Origin: Chiloscyllium plagiosum | Taxonomy: Eukaryota | Assembly (NCBI RefSeq): GCF_004010195.1 | Contig: NC_057719.1 | Coordinates: 25,931,641-25,995,640 of the forward strand | Length of the DNA: 64,000 nt | Direction: 5' to 3' | Part shown: positions 1 through 12,631 of the stretch, piece by piece | How the letters are laid out: each line of letters opens with the position of its first letter | Position numbering within the stretch: the stretch's first letter is position 1 | The notes under the pieces: model-generated | Told to the model about the DNA's origin: nothing | Seen by the model: only the letters and a program-made list of their open reading frames with translations | The model's database searches: none | Program-made: the position numbers and the translations under genes

Positions 1-660
1 ACTGGCAGTGTCATCTGTCTCTACTGTTTCCAAAAGATTCAACTTGTTCCTGACAGGTACTTCCCCCGGGGTCTCTTGCACCTGTCTCCTCTCTGCCTTC
101 CTCATCGTCTGCTCTCTTCTGGTACGATTGGTGTAATAACCTCGCTGAAGGTCTTGTCCAGAACGATCTCGTTCTCTCGGATGAGCCTAAGGTCCTCGAG
201 TTCTTTCATCAATGCTGCAATATGCTCTGTCAGTAGCTGAACATGCACACTATTCCCACACTTCTACGAGCCAGACACACCAGAGTCATTGACCTCCCAC
301 ACCAAGCACGTAGCACACTGAACCAGCTTGGCAGTCATGTCTTCACCCTCTTCAACTGTGGCGTAATCACTTCACTCAACCTCCTTGTCAAAGACTCCTG
401 AGCTAAAGCCTCACTCTTCATTCCACAGGAACTTCCTTGGACCCTCTTTTTGGAGCAAATCTGTGGACTCTTAATTTAGGTTAGAGGAGGAGGGAGGGGA
501 GGGAGGGAGGCCCTACTTTGTAGGACCTGGGGTCTAGAACACACCCACTCTAATAACAATCACTTACCTTCCCAACCGGCTTTGCGCTCTGCCTTCACTT
601 TCACCCAGCTCCTGCCGCTCTCTGATATGAAAAGATCGTTAGCGTCAAGGTAAGTTCTTA
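1..660 (-). mobile_element. 5' end of a CR1-clade LINE (5'UTR plus start of a degraded ORF1); the element continues left of the window
   Basis: Minus-strand translation from ATG at 338 gives MTAKLVQCATCLVWEV...KCGNSVHVQLLTEHIAALMKELEDLRLIRENE, then after a frameshift QETPGEVPVRNK. This is the CxxC motif plus coiled coil typical of CR1 ORF1, with an internal stop. Confidence 0.8.
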
Positions 661-1504
661 AATGCCTCTTAAATGTTGCAATTGTACCAGGGAGACAGAG
701 TTCAGAATCAGAGCTGGAGGGAAGTTAATTTGGGTCAGTTCAGAGGTTATGGTGGTGGGACAAAGAGTTGGATTGGGACGTGCCGGGGTTGTCTTGGAGA
801 TGTCTTGTCTGGTGCTCAGTTCTATTATGCTGGCTAAGCTCTGAGTGTGACCAGGTGTTAGACCAGGTGATTTCCTGTGTAAGTATGCAGGTAAGTCTTG
901 CCCATCAGAAGAACAGGGATCAGCAAAGGTACAGTGGGCCAAATTATATCTTTCTTCACTGTATGATCCTAAGGTTACAATAACTGGTTTGTAAACTTAA
1001 GCACCAGGAACAGATCTAACCAGTATTTATCTGTTGTCAGTCGCGCAATACTGTTTTATTTCCAAACTCCCCCCAAAACAAATATTGATGAGGCAAATTA
1101 TCGTCTACATATAAATTGCTTCAATTATCCAAAATTAAAGGTTATACCAAACAATCTCGAGAATGATTTTATGAAGGGTTTTTTCATAAGAGCTTTGACA
1201 TGCCTGAAATAAAACCTCTGTTGCCATGCATTGTAAGCACAAATGATATAACTGGGTGTATGGTTCAGTGAGGTTTTATAGCTCAGCACTACAGGGTAAC
1301 TGAATAGGCATCAATAGGTCCACTTATTAACAGCAGAAGGTAACAGTCACTGTTGCTCTGTGGATATACATTCGTGAATCGTTGATTAATGGATGAAGGA
1401 AAACCATAAACTTGATCCGCAGTTTTTGCTGTATTCGATCATTTTAGCCAAGTAGCTGTCAGAGCACCACAACTGACTGGCAAGGCAATTAAAATATGTT
1501 TGCA

Positions 1505-2215
1505 TTATGGTTGTGTTACTGGACTAGCAATCTGAGAAATAATTTCAAATTTCACTGCATCAACTGATGAATTGACATGTAGTGACTTAAATACATTAGA
1601 TTAGATTACATTACAGTGTGGAAACAGGCCCTTCGGCCCAACAAGTCCACACCGACCTGCCGAAGGGCAACCCACCCCTACCCCTATCCCTACATTTACC
1701 CCTTACCTAACACTACGGGCAATTTAGCATGGCCAATTCACCTGACCTGCACATCTTTTGGACTGTGGGAGGAAACCGGAGCACCCAGAGGAAACCCATG
1801 CAGACACGGGGAGAACGTGCAAACTCCACACAGTCAGTCGCCTGAGGCGGGAATTGAACCCGGGTCTCTGGCGCTGTGAGGCAGCAGTGCTAACCACTGT
1901 GCCACCGTGCCGCCCACGCACTGTGCCACCATGCCGCCCATCTGGAATAAGTAAAGCTAATAATGAAATTAATGTTTTGTAAAAGTCTGCCAGGTTCACT
2001 GGCATCCTTCAGAAAAGGAAATCTGCTGTCCTTACCTTGTCTGGCCTGTATATGACTCCAGATCCATTTCAATATGGTTGCCTCTGTAATGGCTGAGCAA
2101 ACCACTTAGCTGTCTTCAGGAAAGTGGTTTGTCACCATCTTCTCAAAAACAATTAGGAAGGGATAAGAAATGTTGGTCTCAGTGGTACCTATATCCCTTG
2201 AATGAATTTGAATAA
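1505..2215 (+). mobile_element. Old SacSINE1/DeuSINE-like SINE, split by an HE1 SINE insertion
   Basis: Central block ggaaatctgctgtccttaccttgtctggcctgtatatgactccagatcc is shared with copies at 25173, 43950 and 54461. The family name is from recall. Confidence 0.65.
1596..1940 (-). mobile_element. HE1-type tRNA-derived SINE, full length, with a tandemly duplicated 5' end
   Basis: Minus strand begins gggcggcacggtggcacagtggttagcactgctgcctcacagcgccagagacccgggttcaattccc (A/B boxes). The 3' end matches the CR1/HER1 tail and ends in (TCTAA)n. Confidence 0.9.
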
Positions 2216-3188
2216 AAGCACTTGGTTCGGGAAGTAGATTGAGTATCAGCTCCCTTTCACTATCCAACAGCCTCTGCTGTCTCTCACTCACTGTCAAAAC
2301 TCAACATGAATGGTAGCTGCTTGGATAAGCTCCAATGGATAACTTGCTTGCTCGTGTAGCGTGTACTGTGGATGTTCTCATTTTTAAAATTCTAAACAGT
2401 TCAAATTATATCACTCTTGTAACAGCAATTATCTAGTTTATTTGTGTTTTTAAATCCCCATATGCCTTGCTTGGTGGCAACACAAAGTTTCTGCTTATGA
2501 GAAAACAAACAAACATCTCCAATGAATAATGAATTGACCAACAGATTCTCTCATTCCCATTCATCATGATACTTGGTCTATAATTTAAATTCCTCCAAAA
2601 TCATTACCCATGCAAATGCAGGGACTACTGGTAATATCCAGGGGACTAATGAGCCATGGAGAAATGATGAATAGCAATAAGGTTCAAGCATAAGGTTTGA
2701 AAGTAGAGCACTGTTATTTTCATCAATAATACATACTTGGAGTTCCAACTTTTAAGAGTTCTCAACATCAGTTTCTACGAAGATCAATGGGAATAATCTC
2801 AGGATTAAGTTTGGGTGTGACCATAAACTGTAACTGCAAATGACTGAAGACTATCTATATAATAGAAATAGAATTAGATTTATTGGCATGTGTAGTGACG
2901 TTACAAAAGAACAGCAGTACGTGAAAAGTGCGCACTGTCTCCAACACACGGCGCCATGTTAGGCACAAAGTACCTCGGTACAAAAATTACATGACATTAA
3001 AGATATATATATATATAATATGAGTTAGGAAAATAAGAAATAAAACTAAGAAGATCGACATTACAGTAGTAATATGCCCTCACTCCTCAGTATTTGATTT
3101 TGTGAAGTAACTATAACTGCTAGCCTATACTTCTTAAAGGGAGAAGCATTCGGGAGAGAACATGTTTTGACCCGGGAAAAGCACTGCA

Positions 3189-3287
3189 ATGGCATCACAT
3201 GGCAGCAAATGGACTCCATGGTTCTCTGAAGCAGCATTAAAGGCTTTGGTCCATGAGACTGACAGAAGAGGAGATGTCCTCTATCCA
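3189..3287 (+). pseudogene. Remnant N-terminus of a Harbinger Myb/SANT-like DNA-binding protein
   Basis: MASHGSKWTPWFSEAALKALVHETDRRGDVLYP resembles the PxFS..L..LV..V..R..VLFP start of Myb_DNA-bind_5 (NAIF1-like) domains. Confidence 0.55.
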
Positions 3288-3469
3288 CACTGCTTCACTG
3301 TTGCTGCATCAAAATGTCAAAATGCTTTTCCCAAGTACCTTTCAGATCTTGGTGTTGCTTTACCTTCCTGAGCCATTGCAGTTCATCTGGTGCTGCTTGA
3401 GAGGGAGTTCAAGGATCATGACCTAATGACAGAGAGAGAATGGTCATGTAGGTCCAAGTTGAGATTTTG

Positions 3470-3840
3470 CTTTCTTTTATTCTTCCATGAGAAGGGGGAC
3501 ATCATTAGCAAGGCCAGCATTTGTTGTTTATCCTAATTGCCCTCAAACTGAGTGGCTTGCCAGGCCATTTCCAATGCACTAAGTGTCAACCACATTTCTG
3601 TGGCTGTTGATTCATATGCAGATCAGATCAGGTAAGGATGGCACGCTTCCTTCCCTAAAGAACACCAGGCAACTGGATCTTCTTTTAAAATAATAACCAA
3701 TGATAGCAGTCATGGTAACCCTCATGACAGCGGCTCCATATTGCAGACTCATTAATTCATTTAAATTCCAGCAAATGCCATGATGTGATTTGAACCTCAT
3801 GCCCACCTCCCAAAGCACTGGTCTGGGCTTTTGGATTACT
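3470..3840 (-). mobile_element. SacSINE1/DeuSINE-like SINE
   Basis: Reverse complement of the 54461-54805 type element (ggccagcatttgttg..cctaattgccctc; cttccttccctaaag; atttgaacc..tggattac). Confidence 0.7.
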
Positions 3841-3849
3841 CCGAATGTA

Positions 3850-5346
3850 GGAGCAAATTACTGCAGATGCTGGAATTTGTATTGAAAACAAAAAATGCTG
3901 GAGATCACACTCCTTCAACAGAGAGAAAGTAAGCTAACATTCTGAGTCGAGATGACTTTTCATCAGTGCTGATGTGAAGTATGGAGGGTACAGCATTTAT
4001 GCTGGGGGTGGGGCTGGCATGGGATGCTGGGGGAGAAACCATGTTGATATTTCAGATTAAGTGATTAGATTGTGAGAAAGGCACAGCAATGGTGTGTCTA
4101 ACTGCCACACTGGAAAGAACAGGCAGTCCCACTGGAGAGACAACAGCGTGATCAGGTCCCCCTTGTCTTCAGTTTTCATCCCAACAGTCTCCACATTCAA
4201 AGGAACATTCCCTGCCATTTCAGAAAACTCCAGGAGAACACCACCACCAAACTCATCTTCCCCTCACATACCCATCTGCATTTTGCAGAGATCATTCCTT
4301 CCGGGACACCCTGGTCCATTTCTTGGCCACCAACACCATCCACCCTTCCCACGGCACCATCCCATGTAACCACAGATGGTGCAACAGCTGCCCCTTCACC
4401 TCCTCCCTGCTCACCATCTAAGGGCTTAAACAGTCTTTCCAGATGAGACAGTATTTCACCTCCACCTCCTCTAATTTTGTGTATTGTATTAGCTGTGTCA
4501 CCCCAACCTTCCCATAGCCAGTTATTTTAACACAGTGTCCTGTTCACATGCCCACATGTTTGTCCTCGGCATGCTGCAGTACTCCAGTGAATCATAGAAC
4601 AAACTGGAGGAACAACATCTCATCTTCAGACTTGGCACTTTACAACCTTCTAGGCTCAGTATTGTGTTCAACATGTTCAGATTTTAACCCACTCCCATTC
4701 GATTCGATTCAATTCCCCACAATGTGGAAACAGGCCCTTTGGCCCAACAGGTCCACACCGACCCTCTGAAGAACAATCCACCCCCATCTGACTAATGCAC
4801 CTAACACTATGGGCAATTTAACAAGGCCAATTCACCTGACCTGCACATCTTTGGACTGTGGGAGGAAACTGGAGCACCCGGAGGGGAACCACACAGACAC
4901 AGGGAAACTTCACACAGACAGTCACCCAAGGTTGGAATTGAACCTAGGACTCTGGTGAGGCAGCATTGCTAACCACTGAGCTATCGTGCCGCCCCGAATC
5001 CTTCCCTTTCTTCTAGCTTTACTTGTTACATTCTCTGTCACCATGTCCTCTCTCCCTTCCCCCACCCCTGTGGGACTGTCTATTCTTTCCAGTCTGGCAG
5101 TTAGACACACCATTGTTGTGCCATTCTCACATTCTAATCACTGAATCTGAACTATCAACATCCTTTCTCCCCCAGGCACTCCACTTTCCTGACCCCACCG
5201 ACTGCCACCACTTATAGCGTAAATACTGCCTTCTCCACACTTCACATCAGCTCTGATGTAGAGTCATCTAGCTTCGAAATGTTAGCTTGCTTTCTCTCTG
5301 TAGGTGCTGCCTGACTCACTGTGATCTCCAGCGTTTGTTGTTTTTC
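3850..5346 (+). mobile_element. Penelope-like element: inverted 5' pLTR copy (about 3850-4137), degraded linker/GIY-YIG region, and 3' pLTR with a decayed HHR; interrupted by an HE1 SINE
   Basis: About 3850-4137 is the reverse complement of about 5065-5346. The 4145-4690 stretch resembles the PLE linker/GIY-YIG C-terminus (QVPLVFSFHPNSLHIQR; KLEEQHLIFRLGTLQPS). HHR-like motifs lie at about 3933-3966 (-) and 5253-5286 (+). Confidence 0.85.
4696..4993 (-). mobile_element. HE1-type SINE nested in the Penelope element
   Basis: Colinear with 1596-1916 (tgtggaaacaggccc...ttcacctgacctgcacatctttggactgtgggaggaaac...ctaaccactgagc). Confidence 0.88.
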
Positions 5347-5539
5347 ACTCTGGATTACTTGTTTAAGTGACATTACCACATACCACCACATTATCATGCA
5401 AAGGGAATCAAGGTATATTGGAGTGGACAGAAAAGTAGAATTAATACACACCAGATACGATCACACTGAATGGCACAGAAGGCTTTTGGGACAAATGGTC
5501 AACTCCTGCCCCTATCTATTTTGGTTTTCTATGGCTTAG

Positions 5540-6200
5540 TGAGGAACTTGTAGGGATAATGATGTCCCCTTGCATCGGTTGCCCTTGACTTTTAATGTGG
5601 TAGCCGTTGTTATCGAAGGAGGCCTGGGAAGTTGCTGCAGTTAATCTTGTACAGAGTAAATACCATTACCATTGGGTTTGGCGATGGAGACAGTGGCATT
5701 CATTAAAGTGAATGAATGGGCTGTACTGTCCTAGATACAGCCAAGCAGCTTGAGTTTTGTTTCAGCGGAACTTGTCCAGGCAAGTGGAAAGTTATCCATT
5801 ATACTGCTGACTTGTGCCTTGTAGATGGTGGACAAGCTTTGGCGAGTCAGGAAGCAAGAGATGACATTTCATCTGCCTCTTGTTCCTCTTGCACTTCTGC
5901 AGAATTGAGTAATCTAATTGCAGTTCTTGAGTATCTGAAAGGAGGGAGATCATAAGTGCATAGTTGCAATGATGGAAAGAGGATTTCCAACCTCTGACTT
6001 ACTACTTTGGTCATAGTACTTTTGTGGCTGGGCCAGTTCAGTTTCTGGTCAAATGAAAACCCCAGGATGTTGATAATGAGAGGTTCAGCGCTAGTAATGC
6101 CATTGAATGCCGAAGGAAGATGGTTAGACTCCATCTCACTGGGGAAAGCCATTTCCTGGAACATTGAGGAAGTGGAAGTATTTGTTCCCTTGTACATACA
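5540..6200 (-). mobile_element. Old L2/CR1-group LINE fragment
   Basis: Minus-strand RT C-terminal-like peptide INILGFSFDQKLNWPSHKSTM; heavily degraded. Confidence 0.55.
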
Positions 6201-7384
6201 GCATCCATGACTGGAAGGAAAGTAATCTGAGTGGAACCTGAACCCTTTATCCATAGGTCACAGCACACCCTACAAATGTTCGCTGATATTCATCGGCAGT
6301 ACAAAGCAAAGACAATTATCATAGCCAGTGGGAAACCAAAACCGATAAGCAACTAACCTGTTAGTAATTGATGATTTCCCTAAGTGGCACTGATGGGGTG
6401 GGGGGAGGAGGTGGGGAATGGGTCCCTCCTGCTATTGAACACAAATTCTCTGTGCAAGGTTAAGAGAGAGTGCTATCTCGAAATGGCAATGCTGGTGTCA
6501 AACCTGCATTATGCATAGCATGGTGTCACAGTCTGCCAAGTTTGCATACTTCTGGCACATGCATTTAATGCCCAGAAAGACACTCTTAACAAAATAGCAA
6601 GCAAAATGGCCCACCCATACAAGTGTGTGCAGTCAGACCACATTTTTCACCAAATAAAAACACTCAGAGAGCTAAAACATGAGCGGCAAGGACCCCAACG
6701 TGTGTGGCCATAACTCTTAATCTGCATTGAAGGATCACCATTTGTGAAGTGATTATTGGCAGTCTATAACGCAATCATTTAGAACGGAATTCGGAAAGAT
6801 ACTGTGATTTGAACAAAGCTTATTACACCTCTCACCTCAGCCAGCTGCTGATGAAACTTTACCCACACCTTTGACAGTGCCAAGTCCCTGTCAATGCCCA
6901 GGTGTTAGATTTCCAAATTTCATGATCTTTAACTAATCCAAATGCAGCCTCTACATTAGTTACCCATTCCTCAGCACTTCAAAGTTAACATTATCATTCT
7001 CATGTTTAAATCTCTTCATGGCTTTGCTGTTCTTCATATCTGTAATGTCTGCTAACAATACAAATGCTTTCCTATTTTCTGTAGTTCTGCTTCTGTGTTC
7101 TTGTACTTCCTTCCCCCTTTATCCCAGTACTGCAGCAATATGCAACTGCTTTCTTGAACTTCTTTGCCCAGAAAGACGACCTGAAAATACATCTCTATGA
7201 CTATGGTTGAGAGCACCCTTTCCAATATTGCCTGCATGGACTTGACATTCATTTTTAAAGATGTTCCTGTATAGAATGATTTGGAACATTTGTCTGTCTT
7301 CCAATAACTGAAGTTATTGGTTTGATTTATACTCAGTAAAAAGGTATTAACTGCAGATGAGAGAATTAACAATTCTGCAGGAAG

Positions 7385-7793
7385 AAGGCGTTTGATGTGC
7401 TTTCCTTTATTGGTCAGAGTACTGAGTACAGCAATTGGGAGGTCATGTTGCAGCTGTACAGGACATTGGTTAGGCCACTGTTGGAATATTGCGTGCAATT
7501 TTGGTCTCCTTCCTGTAGGAAAGATGTTGTGAAACTTGAAAGGGTTCAGAAAAGATTTACAAGGATGTTGAGAGGGTGGTACATGTATGGAATGAGCTGC
7601 CAGAGGAAGTGGTGGAGGCTAGTACAATTGCAACAGTTAAGAGGCAGTTGAATGGGTATATGAATAGGAAAGGTTTGGAGGGCTATGGACCAGGTGCTGG
7701 CAGGTGGGACTAGATTGGGTTGGGATATCTGGTCAGCATGGACGGGTTGTACCGAAGGGTCTGTTTCCATGCTGTACATCTCTGTGACTCTAT
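7385..7793 (+). mobile_element. CR1/HER1 LINE 3' fragment with an internal deletion
   Basis: EVMLQLYRTLVRPLLEYCVQFWSP..RKDVVKLERVQKRFTRM, followed by the CR1 3' tail ggtctgtttccatgctgtacatctctgtgactctat. Confidence 0.9.
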
Positions 7794-7914
7794 GTTCTTC
7801 AAATTTTGATCCAAATTTGTATTTTATGATAACTAAGTATTTTGTTTCTGATATATACTATAACAATTCAACATTTGCATAATGTAAGGTGTTTTATACA
7901 TATGTGGGGAGCAA

Positions 7915-9726
7915 CAGTGTAGCTAGGGAAGGGTAGCTCCACACATGGACAAAGAAAGGTGCTTATTCAAGGAGATGGAGAAAGTTGGTGAGATCTTTAA
8001 AGGATACTTTGCATTGGTATTCATAAAGAAGGAGGACATGGGTATGTTGTGATTCTGGGGCATATCAATATAAAAAAGGAAGAGGTATTGGGTATTTTAA
8101 AAAACGTTAGGGTAAGACAAGTCCACAGGACCTGATGGAACCTATCCCAGAATGCTGAGGGAAGCAGGTGAGGAAACTTTTGTATCCTCTTCAGTCACAG
8201 AAGAGGTCCCAGACAACTGGAGAATAGTCAACATTGTTCCTTTATTTAAGAAGGGCAACCAGGATAACCTGGGAAATTAAACACTGGTGAGCCTTACGTC
8301 ATGGTTGGGAAACTATTGGAGAAGATTCTTAGGGATAGAATTTCCTCACATTTGGAATAATAAGGACTTATTAGTGATAGGTAGCATGGCTTTGTGCAGG
8401 GTAGTTCATGTGTCACCAACTTGATTAAGCTTTTTCAGGAAGTGATAAAGTTGATTAATGAGGGCAGATGTTGTCGAAATGGACTTTGGCAATACCTTTG
8501 ATAAGGTCTCTCATGGTAGGCTGATCCAAAAGGTGAGGAGAAAGTGAGGACTGTAGATGCTGGAGATCAGAATCAAAAAGTGTGGCATTAGAAATGCATA
8601 GCAGGTCAGGCAGCATCCGAGGAGGAGGAGAATTGACGTTTCGGGCATAAGCCCTTCACCACGATAGTGATATAAAAGGTAAGTTCACGTGGGATCTACA
8701 GTGAGCTGGTAAGAACTGGCTTAGTCATAGAAGCCAGCGGGAAGTAGCTGGAGATCTGACTGGAGATCTGCAGGGATCAGTACTAGAACCCCTGTTGTCT
8801 GAAATATATATCAATGATACGGAGGAGCATGTAGGTGGTCTGATTAGTATGTTTGTGGACGACACAAAAATTTGGGGAGCTGTGGATAGTGAGGAGGATT
8901 GCCAGAAGGTGCAGCAGGATATAAATAGCCTGGAGACTTGGGCAAAGAAGTGGCAGATGGGAGTTTAATCCCGCCAAATGAGAGGTGATGCATCTTGCAG
9001 GAGGGGATGTATACAGTAAGTGTGGGTGAACACTTAGAAGCATTAACATTCAGAGGAATCTGGGCAGGCAGGTCCACAGTTTCCTGCAAGTGGCAACACA
9101 AGTGGATAAGGTGCTCAAGGAAGCATATAGCATGCTTGCCTTCATTGATCGGGTCATAGAATATAAAAATTGGCAAGTCATATTGCAGCAGTACAGAACT
9201 TTAGATAGGGCACATTTGGAATATTGTGTACAGTTCTGGTCACCATACTATCAGAAGGATGTGGAGGCTTTGGAGACAGTACAGAAATGGTTTACCAAGA
9301 CGTTGCCTGATGTTGGAGGGTACTGGCTATAAGGACAGATTGGACAAACTTAGTTTGTTTTCATTTGAATGGTGGAGGTTGAGGGGTGACCTGACAGAAG
9401 TTTACAAAATGAAAAAGAGACTTGGATAGAATGGATGGTTTCTCAAGGTAGAAATGTCAGTCACTAGGAGTATAGGTTTAATGGAGATGTGAGAGGCAGG
9501 TTTTTTAACACAAAGGGTGGCAAGGGCTTGGAATGCGCATCCGGAGGAAGTGATGGAAGCAAAAACAATAACAACATTTAACAATGTTTTGACAGATATA
9601 TGAAAAGGCAGGGAATAAAAAGATGGCCTGTGTAGAGGCAAAAGGTTTTAGTTTAAAAAGGCACAATGTGTCAGTGCAGTCTTGGTGGGCTGAAGAGTTC
9701 TTGTGTTGTACTGTTCTTTGTTCTTT
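7915..9726 (+). mobile_element. 5'-truncated, degraded CR1 LINE (RT region to 3' end)
   Basis: CR1 ORF2 remnants such as QVDKVLKEAYSMLAFIDRVIEYK..YRTLDRAHLEYCVQFWSP, with many stops and frameshifts; (TGTTCTT)n-like tail. Confidence 0.88.
8537..8673 (-). mobile_element. Short Penelope pLTR insertion inside the CR1, truncated within the HHR core
   Basis: Minus strand reads tgaagggcttatgcccgaaacgtcaattctcc...cagtcctcactttctcc. Flanked by an imperfect TSD aaaaggtgag (8527-8536) / aaaaggtaag (8674-8683). Confidence 0.85.
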
Positions 9727-12079
9727 GCAAACTATTCTAATGTTAATACATTTTTAGCACAGGCAGAATCAGTAGCACAATGTGACTGTATGACCGATAA
9801 TAACATTGTGCATTTCTGCCTTCAATTTTGACGAAATGACTTACAAATTATTGTACCATGACTTAATGGCTTTTCATTTAACGTGGACATTACACTGCAA
9901 TGTACATCGACTACAGTTTCAACAATTCATCTTCTTTTGCTTCATTTATTTGTTGCACAACTTAATAGAGGCTTAATTTTATATACATCTCTCCTCATCT
10001 AAAAATTAAACTACATTCATCAACTGCTACAATTGACAGCCTTTGCCTTGATTACATTTGTGAGTCAAAATTAAGATAGAAACCTTTGCTTAGTTGTACA
10101 GAGTTTGAATATTGATGAAAAGGGAAACAGATTGCCAAAGCATTCCACCTTGCACAAATGCAAGAATGCCAAGTTTCAAACGATCACAAGAATTGATGCT
10201 ACAGAGAAGAGGGTGCTAATTGGTTTCTAAGTCAACTCTAATAATTGCATGGAGAAAGCACTGAGGAAACATAAGCTCCAAAACTCCAAAATAATACAAA
10301 CAAGGTGCAAGATCTGAACATTTTTTGATTACTTTTGCTGAGAAGTGTCCCTGTGTATGAATGTGTTTACTTCTCGCAAGAACAATAAGCCATTTATGAT
10401 AATCTTGAATTGGTTGTCCATGCAGAAACAAGCACATTCGGGATTGTTCAGCAAGTGCTCCCATCTCAATTCACATCTACATGTTCAATTGTGTGCATAC
10501 AGGGGTTGGTTGAGTGTGGTACACACTGTCTATTATGAACAACTGAGGCAATATGCTGTTTGATTCAATCAAACTGTTGGAATGTACAACCTAAATACCT
10601 GACATAACACCAGTAGTGAAAGTCAACACATTCTTGCTGAATTGTATGGTAAACAAAATCAATTTATGGCATTATCCTGTAACTAACAAATATCATTTAT
10701 AGAACCCCACTTAGTTCTACAACATAACTTGCTTCACCTATTCAAGATTTTGAGAGATTTGCCTTTTAAGGATTAATTGAGGTAGACTGGGTGAAAAGTC
10801 TGGAAGTCCTTGGCCCATTTGCAAGTGTTTGCAATAGACAGGAAACAATGATCTGACTGCAATTGCCACGTCATACAGGATAGATTTAATGTCGTGTTGT
10901 TTCTCTGTGTTAACCTGAATTTAACAACGTGACTTGCTAAATTCATAAGTTCAATTAATACAGATTCAGAAAATGGTTGTGCATCTAAATTGTTGTGAGA
11001 TAGAAAAAAAGTTCAAATCTTGATGACTTTCATATTATGAATAATGGGTGTTTAATTGGCTTCTGTACAATGAAATTTCACAAATTATTTAACAAAACGA
11101 TACAAATTCAGAAATACACTTTTCAGTGTTGAGAAATGTATTGTCTCGTCATGTTCTGTGCGTTCATTGGGGTCTTGTAATTGAGCATCTTGTGCTTCAT
11201 ATTCAGCAACTGGAGCCCTGTCTTTGGGATGAATACTTTCAATAGTACTAAAACTCTTTTCGCCCTCTCACAGTTAGCTGGTATTAAAGATGAACATTTG
11301 TTAAAAGGTGTAGAATGCCCTAGCAATGGTCCAGCAATAAATTCGGAAAACACATTTCGATTACATTTTTGTGGAGGAACAAGAGGACCTTTCTGGTGAT
11401 ACAGGAAAACTCACAAGCTTTTCTTGGAGTTAAAAAACTTGGCATTTTATACAGATCATGTGAACTAGTTCTTGACTGCTGTGAGTAACTGACAAGAGGT
11501 AACGGATGAGGTTGAGTGCTTATAATTTCATCAAAGGCAACATACAGAGGGAAATATCTTATTAGACAATTCTCTGGACCATATAAAGTTTATAAATTGA
11601 AACAGTGTATGTATAAAATGGATCATATTGGAACACTGTCATAAACCTTAAATAGTATAGCAGTCCTGAAGTCTTTTGAGGGCTGATTTTCCGGATTCAG
11701 TACTGATTGGACATGACACAGAGAGCTCAGTTTTACCAGGATGAGGGTGGGAAGCTTTGCAATGGAAGTTCATAATGGACTGAGGCTGATGTTGAAAATA
11801 GTAGGGGAAGGGTAGGGAGGTACAGATAGAAAAGAGCCAGCAGCTAGTGAGGCCTGGGACCAAGTCGCACAAACTCCAGAGGTGTCGTTAGATCTCTGAA
11901 CAGGTTAATTAGGAAATGTCCAAAATCAGAAGGGGTACATCTATCATGGGTAAGTAGGTGGGATTTTGTGCATAAAGGGGGCTAAATTGGAGAAAAATGC
12001 AACCATACTGCAAAGTTGGCACCAACCTCCAGAACTGAGACAAGAAGTGAGCAACGAGCCTGTCCCCTGGAGGAAGGGT

Positions 12080-12273
12080 TAGAGACAAAAAAAACTGCAG
12101 ATGCTGGAATTCAAGGTAGACAAGCAGGAGGCTGGAGAAAACACAGCAAACCAGGCAATATCAGGAGGTGGAGAAGGGCAACGTCCTGAAGAAAGGTTAC
12201 ACCCAAAATGTTGATTTATCCACCTCTTGATGCTGCCTGGCTTGCTGTGTGCTTCCAGCCTCCTGCTTGCCTA
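12080..12273. mobile_element. Fold-back Penelope-derived mini-element with a central decayed HHR
   Basis: Inverted arms aggtagacaagcaggaggctgga.. / ..tccagcctcctgcttgcctacc; centre cctgaagaaaggttacacccaaaatgtt; TSD ccctggagga at 12065-12074 and 12274-12283. Confidence 0.8.
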
Positions 12274-12631
12274 CCCTGGAGGATGGATGGCATTTTGAAT
12301 ACGTACTTGAGACTGGAAATCTCAAATCTAATCTGCACAATATGGTAACTGTGACTAAAGAGGTTTCGCAGACCTCTGAAAACCAGGTAGCTGTAGTGAG
12401 GTGAGGATAGCCTCAGAATGAAGAGAAGTGCCTTTGCAGCACTGATGGAGAAGCAATATTACTTCTACTTATCACACACCAACATTCAAACTGCACTATC
12501 AACACTGAAATAGAATCACTGTAATAAAAGAAAACCCACCCGAGGGATCGGCCTCCCCACAGGTTCAGGAACTGCACATTCTTTGGAATTATCATCCCCT
12601 TCCTCATTTCCAGGGAGTAAATCTCTAGGAT

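Noticed and set aside
1150..1220. Minus-strand acceptor near 1204 as the next exon of the candidate gene (HVKALMKKPFIKSFSRLF)
   Set aside because: Phase-compatible, but the donor (g|gtataa) is weak and several alternatives fit equally well.
1845..1916. tRNA gene
   Set aside because: The A/B boxes belong to the HE1 SINE head and are followed directly by SINE body; the same applies to the other SINE heads.
7052..7498. 148-aa minus-strand ORF or an exon after tattttcag
   Set aside because: The first part is antisense CR1, there is no good donor, and I recognise no homology.
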